A DNA stretch of 64,000 nucleotides, from the IMG/VR virus record IMGVR_UViG_3300042307_000844; one strand, 5' to 3'. Shown piece after piece: positions 44,909-54,627 of this stretch. The stretch comes from a virus (taxonomy: Duplodnaviria > Caudoviricetes). Below the pieces are notes generated by a model. It saw only the letters and a list, made by a program, of their open reading frames with translations, did no database searches and was not told the origin of the DNA. The translations under genes and the position numbers were made by a program. The first letter of the stretch is position 1, and each line of letters starts with the position of its first letter.

Positions 44909-45812
44909 TTTATTAATTTTAGGAAAAGGTTACGTCAGCAATCACCTCTTCAATCATCTGAAAAATGATTTTAACGTGATTATCCAATCGGCTAAAGAAA
45001 TGGATTACCACAATGCAAATACATTACATAAATTTCTTCTCAATAATGATATTGACACGGTGATCAATTGTTCAGGATTCACGGGAAGACCCAATATTGA
45101 CGAAGCTGAGAAAAAAAAAGAGCTTTGTTGGGATTTGAACACAACATCTCCTCTAAGAGTGAATGCCATATGCAATACCAGAAATATAAATTATCTTCAT
45201 ATCTCATCTGGTTGTGTTTATGATGGTTATGAGAAAGTGTGGAGTGAGGAAGATTCCCCGAATTATGGATTGTTCTGTAACAGGGCTTCATTCTACTCCA
45301 AATCCAAACACGCTTTTGAAAACCTATCAAAAACCATGGATAATATAATTCTGCGCGTTCGTATGCCATTCCATTACGAATCATCTGGTAGGAATTATTT
45401 GAACAAAATTAGACAATACAACGATCTGATCAATTTCCGCAATTCCAAGACATATATTCCCGATTTCTGCGAATTTGTAAGAAATCTTTTGATTAAAAAA
45501 GTCGGTAAATGGAAAGGACAGAACATCTACAATGTCATCAATCCGGGGGCATTGACCACTCAGGAAGTATGTGATATTATGAAAGAATACGGTTTCCACA
45601 ACGATAATTGGAAATTCGTATATCTTGCCGATCTTCCCATTGCCACGGGTAGGAGCAATTGCGTTCTGGATGGCTCAAAATCGAAGGAAATCTATGAGAT
45701 GCGATTTGAGAAAGATGTAATGAAAGAATGCTTCAATAAAATGCTTGAGAAACAAGCGGAAGACAAGAGAATCAAACAAGAAATAGAGGAAAAATATGCA
45801 AGAGAATATTAA
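44898..45812 (+). CDS. NDP-4-keto-6-deoxyglucose 3,5-epimerase/4-reductase (UER1/L780-type, RmlD superfamily)
   Basis: Start MKLNLLILGKGYVS; GFTGRPNID, SSGCVY, SFYSKSK and LRVRMP motifs. Confidence 0.7.
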   Translation: MKLNLLILGKGYVSNHLFNHLKNDFNVIIQSAKEMDYHNANTLHKFLLNNDIDTVINCSGFTGRPNIDEAEKKKELCWDLNTTSPLRVNAICNTRNINYLHISSGCVYDGYEKVWSEEDSPNYGLFCNRASFYSKSKHAFENLSKTMDNIILRVRMPFHYESSGRNYLNKIRQYNDLINFRNSKTYIPDFCEFVRNLLIKKVGKWKGQNIYNVINPGALTTQEVCDIMKEYGFHNDNWKFVYLADLPIATGRSNCVLDGSKSKEIYEMRFEKDVMKECFNKMLEKQAEDKRIKQEIEEKYAREY

Positions 45813-46548
45813 GCGTGGTATTGTGCTTTCGGGTGGGAGGGCAACCCGTCTTTACCCTGTAACCAAGGTAATATCAAAACAGCTTTTAAATTTATACAAT
45901 AAGCCCGTCATTGCATTTCCACTCCAAACACTGAAGGATATGGGATATGTTGACATTCTCATTATTAATGCCGATGAGGATCAACAGAAACAATTCAAGA
46001 TTCTGCTTGGAGATGGAAGTAAATTCGGATTGAATCTTTCTTACGCTATTCAAGATTCCCCAAAGGGATTGGTGGATGCTTTCATTGTTGGAGAGGAATT
46101 TATCAAAGATGCTGATGAAATATGCTTAATTCTTGGAGATAATGTCATTATTGGCAATTCCCCCATTCATCCCCAACCAAACACTATTTACACCTACAAG
46201 GTAAAAGACCCTTCAGCATATGGTGTAGTTGAAACGGATGAAAACGATAATATTATTCAAATTGTGGAAAAACCCAAGGAATTCATCTCAGAGGATGCTG
46301 TGATTGGTCTTTACGTGTTTTCCAATGAAGTTGTGGAAATGGCTAAAAAGGTAAAACCATCTGCTAGGGGAGAACTGGAAATCGTTGACCTGATTCGTTT
46401 GATGAATGATAAAGAAGGTGTAGGGGTTGAGAAATTGGATGGATTTTGGTTCGACGTTGGCACATTTTCTAGTTTATTGGATTGTGCTAATCTTGTTAGA
46501 ACTATCGATGAACGCTCAAATCACTCAATCGGGCTTGATTTGTCTTGA
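45796..46548 (+). CDS. rmlA: Glucose-1-phosphate thymidylyltransferase
   Basis: GIVLSGGRATRLYPVT...SKQLL, QDSPKGL, LILGDN, VEKP, SARGELEI and WFDVGT motifs. Confidence 0.92.
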   Translation: MQENIKRGIVLSGGRATRLYPVTKVISKQLLNLYNKPVIAFPLQTLKDMGYVDILIINADEDQQKQFKILLGDGSKFGLNLSYAIQDSPKGLVDAFIVGEEFIKDADEICLILGDNVIIGNSPIHPQPNTIYTYKVKDPSAYGVVETDENDNIIQIVEKPKEFISEDAVIGLYVFSNEVVEMAKKVKPSARGELEIVDLIRLMNDKEGVGVEKLDGFWFDVGTFSSLLDCANLVRTIDERSNHSIGLDLS

Positions 46549-46568
46549 ATGTGTGATAATTTCCAATC

Positions 46569-47492
46569 ATGGAAGAGCAAATTTGGGTGGAAAAATACAG
46601 ACCACAGACCTTGGATGATCTGATGGTAGATGATAATACTAGAAAAATTATTCAAAATTTTGGTAAAAAAATACCCCATTTATTGTTGACTGGTAAACCC
46701 GGAGTGGGAAAAACCACCTTAGCTAAAATCATCGCCAAAGATATTCTCAACTGTGACTTTTTATATATAAATGCTTCCGATGAGAATGGTATTGACACCA
46801 TCAGGGAAAAAGTAATTGGGTTTGCACAGACAAGAAGCTTTGACGGGGGGTTGAAAATCATCATCCTTGATGAGTGTGATGGGCAAAGCAAAAATGCTCA
46901 AAATGCTCTTCGCAATGTGATGGAGTCTTACGCATCAACCACCAGATTCATCCTAACTGGTAATAATAAATATAAGATTGAACCCGCCCTACAATCCCGT
47001 TGCCAGAGTCTCACGCTCCATACATCCCTGAAAGATGTCACCCGTAGGTGTCTGGAGATTCTGAAAAAGGAAAATGTTGAGATTCCTGATAACCAGAAGA
47101 AACCTTTGGTTGCCCTGATCAAAAGCCATTATCCTGATATCAGAAAATGTATCAATGAATTGGAAAAATATTCCAAATCCGGTATTCTCTCCATTGAGAC
47201 GAAAAAAGACACCAATCAGGTGATGGATTTGATTTACACCAATCTCCAATCGGGAGATACTTTGAAAACACGTAAATTCCTGATTGAGAACGAGGAATTA
47301 TTCGATTCCGATCACGAATCTTTGTTGAAAGACCTTTTGAATTATTTCTACGATCTCTCCATGGATGATACCACAAAAAAACAGGCTATCCTTATCATTG
47401 CGGAGAGCCTGTTTAAGATGATGTCCGTTACGGACAGAGAGATTTGTGCTATTGCTTGCTTGCTACAGCTTGAGGAATTATTTCCAGAATAA
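46569..47492 (+). CDS. Sliding clamp loader AAA+ subunit (T4 gp44/RFC-like)
   Basis: WVEKYRP, GKPGVGKTT, INASDE, ILDECD, SRC and YPDIRK motifs; preceded by TTGATT-N16-TAATTT-N6-ATG. Confidence 0.92.
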   Translation: MEEQIWVEKYRPQTLDDLMVDDNTRKIIQNFGKKIPHLLLTGKPGVGKTTLAKIIAKDILNCDFLYINASDENGIDTIREKVIGFAQTRSFDGGLKIIILDECDGQSKNAQNALRNVMESYASTTRFILTGNNKYKIEPALQSRCQSLTLHTSLKDVTRRCLEILKKENVEIPDNQKKPLVALIKSHYPDIRKCINELEKYSKSGILSIETKKDTNQVMDLIYTNLQSGDTLKTRKFLIENEELFDSDHESLLKDLLNYFYDLSMDDTTKKQAILIIAESLFKMMSVTDREICAIACLLQLEELFPE

Positions 47493-48170
47493 TTTATCCA
47501 AATCCTCTTCTGCCTCTGATGGAGAACCCGGAAGATATTTATCTAAGCGGTTTTGCACAATCTTGCTCTTGTTTGGGTTTTGAATTATTTCAGAATTCTC
47601 TACATCCATTTGCTGTTGTGGTAAAGGAGGAGGTGTTGCACCAGATTGTTTTGGTAAAGGAGGAGGTGTTGCACCAGATTGTTTTGGTAAAGGGGGAGGT
47701 GTTGCACCAGATTGTTGTGGTAGCGGAGGAGGTGTTGCACCACTCACGCTTTTCTTGAGGTGTCCGAGAGCAGCATTGATACCAGACACAATTTCAATGT
47801 TACCAATGTCCAACCCAAGCTTTTTAATATCATTTTTAATATCAGCGACAAATGAGTCAATACGTTTGTCAATATTCTTTTGAAGATACTGGACTTTAGC
47901 ATTGTGACCAGAAACCATACCTTCTCCCGATGCTTGTTGACCTTGTTGGGAATATTCCTGACCTTTTCTGGATAACTTATCACTTTCAATCCAATCTCCA
48001 GCTTTGCTAAGGGCAGAACCACCAGCTTGTTGAAAACCACCTTTGATTTGTTGACCCAAACCCTTGGCGGAACCCAGAGCTTCGGCTCCCCGTGCCTTGA
48101 GACGATCCATCCATCCTTCCTCAAGAAGTTCTTCCAAATTGCGCTGGTCTTTGTTATTGAATTGTGCCAT
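47478..48170 (-). CDS. Hypothetical late protein with Pro-rich repeats
   Basis: 230 aa; late promoter; SGATPPPLP x4. Confidence 0.75.
   Translation of the reverse strand: MAQFNNKDQRNLEELLEEGWMDRLKARGAEALGSAKGLGQQIKGGFQQAGGSALSKAGDWIESDKLSRKGQEYSQQGQQASGEGMVSGHNAKVQYLQKNIDKRIDSFVADIKNDIKKLGLDIGNIEIVSGINAALGHLKKSVSGATPPPLPQQSGATPPPLPKQSGATPPPLPKQSGATPPPLPQQQMDVENSEIIQNPNKSKIVQNRLDKYLPGSPSEAEEDLDKLFWK
47612..47745 (-). repeat. 33-bp coding tandem repeat x4 (SGATPPPLP(Q/K)Q)
   Basis: GTTGCACC at 47635, 47668, 47701 and 47734. Confidence 0.9.
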
Positions 48171-48174
48171 ATTA

Positions 48175-48426
48175 TTATTTATTCTTTTTTCCCCAATTAA
48201 CTCTTTTGGAGCTTTTCTTTTTATACATCTTACCTTTTATTTTTTTACAGTCTGCCTTTGTAGCTCTACATGCAGGGTAAGAACCTTTTGAGGTATCCTT
48301 CCTACCACATGGACCTCCCGTTTTACAATTGATCCAACCTTTAAATTTTTTACCTTCCTTATCTACATGAGGAGCAAACCAATCACGTAAATTTTCCAGT
48401 AATTCTCTTTGGGACATCTGTTCCAT
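48175..48426 (-). CDS. Small basic Cys-rich phage protein
   Basis: WF...WINCKTGGPCGR...YPACR motif. Confidence 0.75.
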   Translation of the reverse strand: MEQMSQRELLENLRDWFAPHVDKEGKKFKGWINCKTGGPCGRKDTSKGSYPACRATKADCKKIKGKMYKKKSSKRVNWGKKNK

Positions 48427-49241
48427 TATTTTTCACTATTTCCCCAATTTTTTGCTCCCACTTTTCTACATTTGACCAATGCTCCAGAGGCATATGCACT
48501 AGGCCATACATCATATCGAGATTTTACTTTTTCATAACAAGCATCTTGTTCGTCTTCTTCTCCGCATTCTTCGTTATCTTCTTCTTCATCCCCATCTTCA
48601 TCATCACCGAAGACTTTTTTACCTATATTTTCTTTCCAATCTTCTAATTCACCATTTTTATTTCTATCGGCTTTTTTGAAATCAAATTTTTCTTGCAATA
48701 TTTCATCATAAATATTACCCAATTCTTTGGTGAAATCCCAAGACTTGGATTCTCCTGCCAATTTCAGATCGGTGGGGGTATTCTTGCCATTTCCCTTGTC
48801 AGTGACATTGGTGATGATATTAGGATCGATTTTAAGCTGCTTGGGCTTGATGATCACAACGTCTTTTTTCTTGAATTTGTCTGGAACTGGAACTCCTGCG
48901 CTCACATCCACCATATCAACCATGTCGGGAGTCACTGTGACTCTACCATACGTTCTACCACCACCATGATCGGCAGCAATGGTGAGAACGACCTGTGATG
49001 CTGGTTTGAATTGATTCCCAACGGAATATCCCGATTGCTTATCTCCAACTTGGCATACCTTGATGTTCAGTCCACAAGTTGCCAATTCATCCACTTCTTT
49101 CTTGAGTGTGGATGGCATATACTTGTAAGTTTCCGTGTTCTTATATCCATCACGGAACTTTACAATATCACCGTTAAGGTACCCCCCAATTTCCGAACGT
49201 GACACAACCGCTTCAAATATCTGATCAAATTTCTTGCCCAT
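48426..49241 (-). CDS. Late protein with C-terminal DACYxKVKSRYxVWPSAYASGALVKCRK module
   Basis: C-terminal module recurrent in T4-like phages; acidic linker; late promoter. Confidence 0.75.
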   Translation of the reverse strand: MGKKFDQIFEAVVSRSEIGGYLNGDIVKFRDGYKNTETYKYMPSTLKKEVDELATCGLNIKVCQVGDKQSGYSVGNQFKPASQVVLTIAADHGGGRTYGRVTVTPDMVDMVDVSAGVPVPDKFKKKDVVIIKPKQLKIDPNIITNVTDKGNGKNTPTDLKLAGESKSWDFTKELGNIYDEILQEKFDFKKADRNKNGELEDWKENIGKKVFGDDEDGDEEEDNEECGEEDEQDACYEKVKSRYDVWPSAYASGALVKCRKVGAKNWGNSEK

Positions 49242-49274
49242 AGGATTATTTAGTCATTTACTCTAAATATTAAC

Positions 49275-50912
49275 ATGAACTTTGATGATTTGTATAATTT
49301 AGTGGTGGAAGCAAAAGGAACCAAGCCGGGGGAAAGAGTATTCAACGCCCAACAAGCGGCTGGACCATCTGGTTTTTCGTCTTCTCCAATAGGCAAATCA
49401 AATTACAATCCGGTCAATAGAGACAGGGAAGGAAGACGAAAAACAATAGACCAGTATAAAGGAGAAAATTTAACGGATGTTATGAGTCTTTCAAGTTTTG
49501 CATCTTACGATCCCAATTCTCATATAACACCAGCCCATAACCCTAAAGATAAAGGTATGACAGATCAAGCCAATGTTATCAAGCTTTTAGGTAAATCTTT
49601 TCAACTTCTCAAGAATGATGATGTGTTTGCAGACCAAATGAAAGGTATTATGAAAGGATTTGAGAAAAATCGTCGTCAAATCTCCGCATATCAGGAAAGT
49701 GTGCTTAAAACCAAACCAAAACACATTGACAATCTTTGGGGAAAGATCAACAATCTTGCCACTATTATAAACAATCCAAAAAATAAAACTGAAAAGGATA
49801 TTGAGGATTTTAAGAAAGATTTAATAAAATTTAAGGCTATTCGTGATGAAGCACAATCTGAGTTAGATGATGTTTACGAATCCATTGAAAATGTTTCTCA
49901 AGAAAACGAGGAAATTAACGATAGCTATCTGGAACAAATGCTTGCAGTGATTCGTGACACTGCCAAAAGACTTTATAAAAAACAAGCCGAAGAAATCCTG
50001 TCAACTCCCGAAGAATCTCCGAAAAGAACGATACCTCTTCATGAATTGGATATTAATATGATTGAGAAAGAAGTTGCCAAGGATGCTCAAACACAGCTTC
50101 AACTTTTGGAAATGTTATTTTCAGATAATTCTGATATGAATCCTTTGGTTTTGTTCCTTGATATGCAGAAGCAGAATTATGATGAATATAAAAATAACTT
50201 CTTTGAAGCTAAAAGAGGGGATAATTACAGTATTTCCATTGAACAACTTTACAGAAGCTTGCCCCTGTTTAAAATGATTTCTTATTTTTATAATGTGATC
50301 ATGAAAAGTCCTGCGATTTCCCTCAATATGAAGCAAGCCAAACGTGCCAAGGCTCTTGGAGGAGGAGATGACATGATCCAGCGTTTGGAAGGTGTTAAAA
50401 ATGAAAAAGAATGGGAAGAAATTCGTCCCGATCTGCTTGTATATCTCAAAAAACAGAAAATTGACAAAGATCGTAAGAGAATGCTTACCGATCTAGCCAA
50501 AGGAAGATTCCAAGCCATCCGTGGTAGAGCCAATGCTGCAATCAAGCTCGTCACAGCCCTCAAAGCGGCAGCTATCACCGAGTCATTCGATGAATTGGCG
50601 AACAAATACGCATCCTCTTTCAACGTGGATTTGAATGATTTCATGATTGATCTTCAGGAAGTCGCCGTGTTTTTGGAAAAATCCAAGAAATGTGACGGTC
50701 CAACCAAAAAAGCCTCCAGTGATCGCAAGGGTAAAAAGTGGACTAAGTGTGCCAGACAACCAGATGGTTCTTATAAAAGGATTCATTGGGGAGAAGCTGG
50801 TGTAAGAGTTGGGAAGGATAATCCAAAACGCCGCAAATCATTCCGCGCACGGCATAAATGTTCTTCCGCTAAACCCGGATCACCCAAGGCTGCTGCTTGC
50901 TCCGACTGGTAA
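49275..50912 (+). CDS. Late helical protein with C-terminal basic RRKSFRARHxC module
   Basis: 545 aa; C-terminal IHWG...RRKSFRARHKC...ACSDW; late promoter. Confidence 0.8.
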   Translation: MNFDDLYNLVVEAKGTKPGERVFNAQQAAGPSGFSSSPIGKSNYNPVNRDREGRRKTIDQYKGENLTDVMSLSSFASYDPNSHITPAHNPKDKGMTDQANVIKLLGKSFQLLKNDDVFADQMKGIMKGFEKNRRQISAYQESVLKTKPKHIDNLWGKINNLATIINNPKNKTEKDIEDFKKDLIKFKAIRDEAQSELDDVYESIENVSQENEEINDSYLEQMLAVIRDTAKRLYKKQAEEILSTPEESPKRTIPLHELDINMIEKEVAKDAQTQLQLLEMLFSDNSDMNPLVLFLDMQKQNYDEYKNNFFEAKRGDNYSISIEQLYRSLPLFKMISYFYNVIMKSPAISLNMKQAKRAKALGGGDDMIQRLEGVKNEKEWEEIRPDLLVYLKKQKIDKDRKRMLTDLAKGRFQAIRGRANAAIKLVTALKAAAITESFDELANKYASSFNVDLNDFMIDLQEVAVFLEKSKKCDGPTKKASSDRKGKKWTKCARQPDGSYKRIHWGEAGVRVGKDNPKRRKSFRARHKCSSAKPGSPKAAACSDW

Positions 50913-50916
50913 TCAT

Positions 50917-51402
50917 ATGAACATCAAAATCAAATCACTTCAAGCATCCAAGATTGATGAGGCATCGTTGAAAAATGACTATCTCTACAAAGATGTGTCA
51001 TTTGATTTGGAACCATCATATTCTTTCAACAACCAACTCAATCGTAAGGAGCAATTGAAGGATATTCGGGCTATTTTTGATGTGGAAGCCATCAAGACAA
51101 GCATTTCCAATGCATTCCTCACCTCCCCCGGTCAAAAGATACTCAATCCCCTCTTTGGCATTGATCTGAGACGATATCTGTTTGAACCCGTGGATGAATT
51201 CACAGCGGAAGACATTCAGGATGATATTGAAAGGAAATTACCCCGTTCGGAACCACGCATTGTCGTGAGAAACGTGAGTGTGGTGGGTAATGAGGATGAA
51301 CAGGAATATGATGTGTCCCTGCAAATTGATGTTCCATCTCTGGGTGTCAAGGGACTTTCCCTGAAATCGAAGTTGAATTCCACGGGTTATTCGATCATTT
51401 GA
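50917..51402 (+). CDS. Baseplate wedge protein gp25-like
   Basis: AIKTSISNAFLTSPGQKILNPLFGIDLRRYLFEP...EPRI; start MNIKIK at 50917. Confidence 0.9.
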   Translation: MNIKIKSLQASKIDEASLKNDYLYKDVSFDLEPSYSFNNQLNRKEQLKDIRAIFDVEAIKTSISNAFLTSPGQKILNPLFGIDLRRYLFEPVDEFTAEDIQDDIERKLPRSEPRIVVRNVSVVGNEDEQEYDVSLQIDVPSLGVKGLSLKSKLNSTGYSII

Positions 51403-52783
51403 AAAAACTCGACATTATACTTTGATAGTATTTGTCAAAGTGGGTGGATTCTTGAATACTATCTGTTGTTTCCGATAAAATATCACATAATTCTGAATGA
51501 AATGATTCTGTAAAAGTATCATCTTCTTCCCAATCTTCTCCAAAATATCCACGTTTTCCAAAATAGTTACGCAATTCATCAGAGATGTCACTACCACGCT
51601 CCGATTCCATTATAGATTCATAAATATCTGCTGGTATCATGGTGTTTGGGGCATTTTCAACAACCCATTCTGCATACTCCAAAGCCAAATAAGGATCGTC
51701 TGCTAGTAATTCATACACTTCATATGGGATATTTTCTAAATTGTTTTTCCATGACATCATATAAGTCATCGCAAAAAAAGGATGCTTCAAAACATTTTCA
51801 ATATCATCAAGCTTGTTGGCACTAAATTCTGGATAATAATCGGGATACTCATCATCAAATAACGTATCTCTGACTTTTTTATATCGTAATATCTCATTCG
51901 GTTTCAAATCATCCATTTGATAATCAGACAAATTAGGATTAATGTTGATATATTCGTTCCTAAGACCAGAATCCAATTGTTTCCAGATTACATCGTGAAG
52001 TGTATCATCGTAGTAATCCGAAAGAACTGCCGCTTTTTCTTTATGAGAAAATTTATTCCACAGTAACACCGCTTTATCAAAATCAACATCTGGATCATTG
52101 GTGTATGATGGTAATTGTTTTTTAAAATTTCTTTTTCTTTCTAAAAAATCTTTTTCCACGTTATCCAGTTCCTTATTAACCAATAATTTTTCATATTTCG
52201 TTAATTCTGGATATTTACGAACTATCTCGTTCCACCCACCTTCCACTTCTTTGGTATTATTATCTGCAAATGTCCAATCATATCCTCGTCTATTACGATC
52301 TAATACCATAATATGGTCAGTTGCGGTCTTAGGCTTCTTTTTAAAATAAATAAAATAAAACGTTGCCAAATCATTAAACCGATAATTTGAGAACATATTA
52401 CCACCTCCCGTTCTTGAGATACAGAAAGAGTATCCCTTTCCATATAACACACATTTATCTTGGGAATCCCCCCGATAGATCGTCACATTCTCATCATCAG
52501 CTACAATATCCTCCTGATTGGCAACCACATCTTTGGTTGGTGCTTTTTTCTTTTTAAATTCCGCCTTACCCTTTGCAGCATGGATCGCTTCCGTGAACTC
52601 TATCCACGATTTATATTGGAAAGGGTCTTTCTTTTGGAGAGCGTTCTTATATTTCTCAAAATCTTGTAATTCCCTACGGATTTCCTGTTCCGTGGCATCG
52701 TTCTGAAATTTCTTCACAATGTTACGGATCGCTCCTTCCGAGAACTCCAACATCAATCTACGATACTCCTTATCAAATTCCAT
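51395..52783 (-). CDS. Hypothetical late protein, candidate internal head protein
   Basis: Start MEFDKEYRRLMLE set by the late promoter; YGKGYSFCISRTGGGNMF motif. Confidence 0.75.
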   Translation of the reverse strand: MEFDKEYRRLMLEFSEGAIRNIVKKFQNDATEQEIRRELQDFEKYKNALQKKDPFQYKSWIEFTEAIHAAKGKAEFKKKKAPTKDVVANQEDIVADDENVTIYRGDSQDKCVLYGKGYSFCISRTGGGNMFSNYRFNDLATFYFIYFKKKPKTATDHIMVLDRNRRGYDWTFADNNTKEVEGGWNEIVRKYPELTKYEKLLVNKELDNVEKDFLERKRNFKKQLPSYTNDPDVDFDKAVLLWNKFSHKEKAAVLSDYYDDTLHDVIWKQLDSGLRNEYININPNLSDYQMDDLKPNEILRYKKVRDTLFDDEYPDYYPEFSANKLDDIENVLKHPFFAMTYMMSWKNNLENIPYEVYELLADDPYLALEYAEWVVENAPNTMIPADIYESIMESERGSDISDELRNYFGKRGYFGEDWEEDDTFTESFHSELCDILSETTDSIQESTHFDKYYQSIMSSFFK

Positions 52784-52818
52784 ATGATTATTTAATATCA
52801 TCCACCTAAATAATAACA

Positions 52819-54627
52819 ATGAGTGATTCTCTTGAGTATAACCTGCCCAAAAACGCATACATCAACTTCGATGCGTTGTCCCTGAAAGATTTCATCATCC
52901 AACGGCTGAATGAGAATCCCAAATTCACGGATCAGAATTACGAGGGGAGCAATCTAGCTTCTTTCATCGACATCATCGCTTATAGTTACCACACCCTGCT
53001 TTTCTATTTGAATCAAACGGGATCGGAAGCTCTTTTCTCCCAGACATCTCTCTATGAGAACATGAACAAGATCGTGAACCTTGTGGGATACAATCCTACG
53101 GGCAAACAAACGTCTCTGGTTCCCGTCACCTGCACCGCCAGTGCCTCCCTAGCGGCTGGGAACTACACCCTCCGCAAGTATTCCTATTTCCTTGTCAATA
53201 ACATCCAATACACCATCCTGAACGATTTCTCCTTTGAGAAGACCACAAGCGGATCGGAGAAAATCGATTCCATTGAAAATAATCTCATTCTCTATCAGGG
53301 AACCGTTCAGGAATACCCGATTTACACAGCGGAGGGTAAGGAATTTGAAACCTTTCCGATTGTTGTTGATAATCTGGTGGATGAGAACGATGATCGTTTC
53401 ATTGCCCATGGCACTCTCGCTGTTTACGTGAAAGAAATCGGAGATGCAACTTGGTATGAATATGACGAGACTGACAACCTGTTTCTCACTCCTGATTCCG
53501 ATAGATACTATTCGGTTCGTCTCAATGAGAACGGGCATTATGAAATCAAATTTGGTAATAATGTGTTTGGTAAGAAACTTGCCGAGGGTGATCAGGTTGC
53601 CGTTTATTATCTCCTAAGCGATAATGACAAGGGTATTATCAGCAAGAATGTCATCAATGGCAACAAATTGTTCAATTTAAACACTTCTCAATTCACTCAG
53701 ATTTATAATGATGTAATTACTGTTGATCCTTCGTCCATCATTGACCTGACAAACAATGCAACTCTGAATTTCTCCAATACCGCCAATTCCACGGCAATTT
53801 CCGATGGGGAGACGGTGGATCAGATTCGCCAGAATGTTCCCAAGTATCTCAGTTCGCAGCTTAGGCTTGTGACAGAGATTGATTATGACACATATCTCAC
53901 TAAAAACCTTTCCAACGTGCTTCAATCGGTGGAAGTGGTGAACAATAAGAAGTTCATTGATGAATACATTGATTATTTCTATCGAATCTGTGTTGATCCC
54001 AATAAATCCAATAGGGTTATATTGAATCAGGTTAATTTTGCGGATTCCTGTGACTTCAACAATGTGAATATCTTCGTGGTTCCCAAGTTTGTGGTTCAAA
54101 CGGATGCAGAGTATCCCCCATTTCTCTCAAACAGCCTGAAAAACCTGATCATTGACTCCACATTTGATAAGAAGATGCTTAGTCACGAGGTTGTTCCCCG
54201 TGATCCAATCTATACGGCATTTGATATTGGGTATTCCGCTCAAGCAGCGAATAAGGATGTGTATTCCACCTCCAAATTGGAAATCGTTCGCACATCCAAT
54301 TCCAAGATTAACAAGGAGAACCTGAAAAAGCGTATTATCAACATTATTCTGGATTTCTTCAACCCTCTCAATAATTCTCTGGGTCAAAGGCTTGATCTTT
54401 CAGACCTGACATCCACAATTCTTGGATTGGAAGGTGTTGACAAGATCAGAACCCGCAATGGGAATGAGATATTCAATGGAATCTCCTTCATAAGCTGGAA
54501 TCCCGTCTATGAAGGTGTGGATGAAGAATTTGTGAACCAAACAACCACACTACCATTTTTCAAGTTCCCTTATTTTTACAGACCACAAACAATCGGAGAT
54601 AGAATCCTAATCACGGATAGCGAATGA
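52819..54627 (+). CDS. Baseplate wedge protein gp6-like
   Basis: FDALSLKDFI...FTDQNYEGSNL...DIIAY; IKFGNNVFG; GETVDQIR...QLRLVT..DY. Confidence 0.9.
   Translation: MSDSLEYNLPKNAYINFDALSLKDFIIQRLNENPKFTDQNYEGSNLASFIDIIAYSYHTLLFYLNQTGSEALFSQTSLYENMNKIVNLVGYNPTGKQTSLVPVTCTASASLAAGNYTLRKYSYFLVNNIQYTILNDFSFEKTTSGSEKIDSIENNLILYQGTVQEYPIYTAEGKEFETFPIVVDNLVDENDDRFIAHGTLAVYVKEIGDATWYEYDETDNLFLTPDSDRYYSVRLNENGHYEIKFGNNVFGKKLAEGDQVAVYYLLSDNDKGIISKNVINGNKLFNLNTSQFTQIYNDVITVDPSSIIDLTNNATLNFSNTANSTAISDGETVDQIRQNVPKYLSSQLRLVTEIDYDTYLTKNLSNVLQSVEVVNNKKFIDEYIDYFYRICVDPNKSNRVILNQVNFADSCDFNNVNIFVVPKFVVQTDAEYPPFLSNSLKNLIIDSTFDKKMLSHEVVPRDPIYTAFDIGYSAQAANKDVYSTSKLEIVRTSNSKINKENLKKRIINIILDFFNPLNNSLGQRLDLSDLTSTILGLEGVDKIRTRNGNEIFNGISFISWNPVYEGVDEEFVNQTTTLPFFKFPYFYRPQTIGDRILITDSE

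Noticed and set aside
46569-47492. Archaeal or eukaryotic host inferred from the RFC-like protein
   Set aside because: T4-like phage gp44 clamp loaders are RFC-like; sigma70-type promoters, RlpA and rml genes point to a bacterial host
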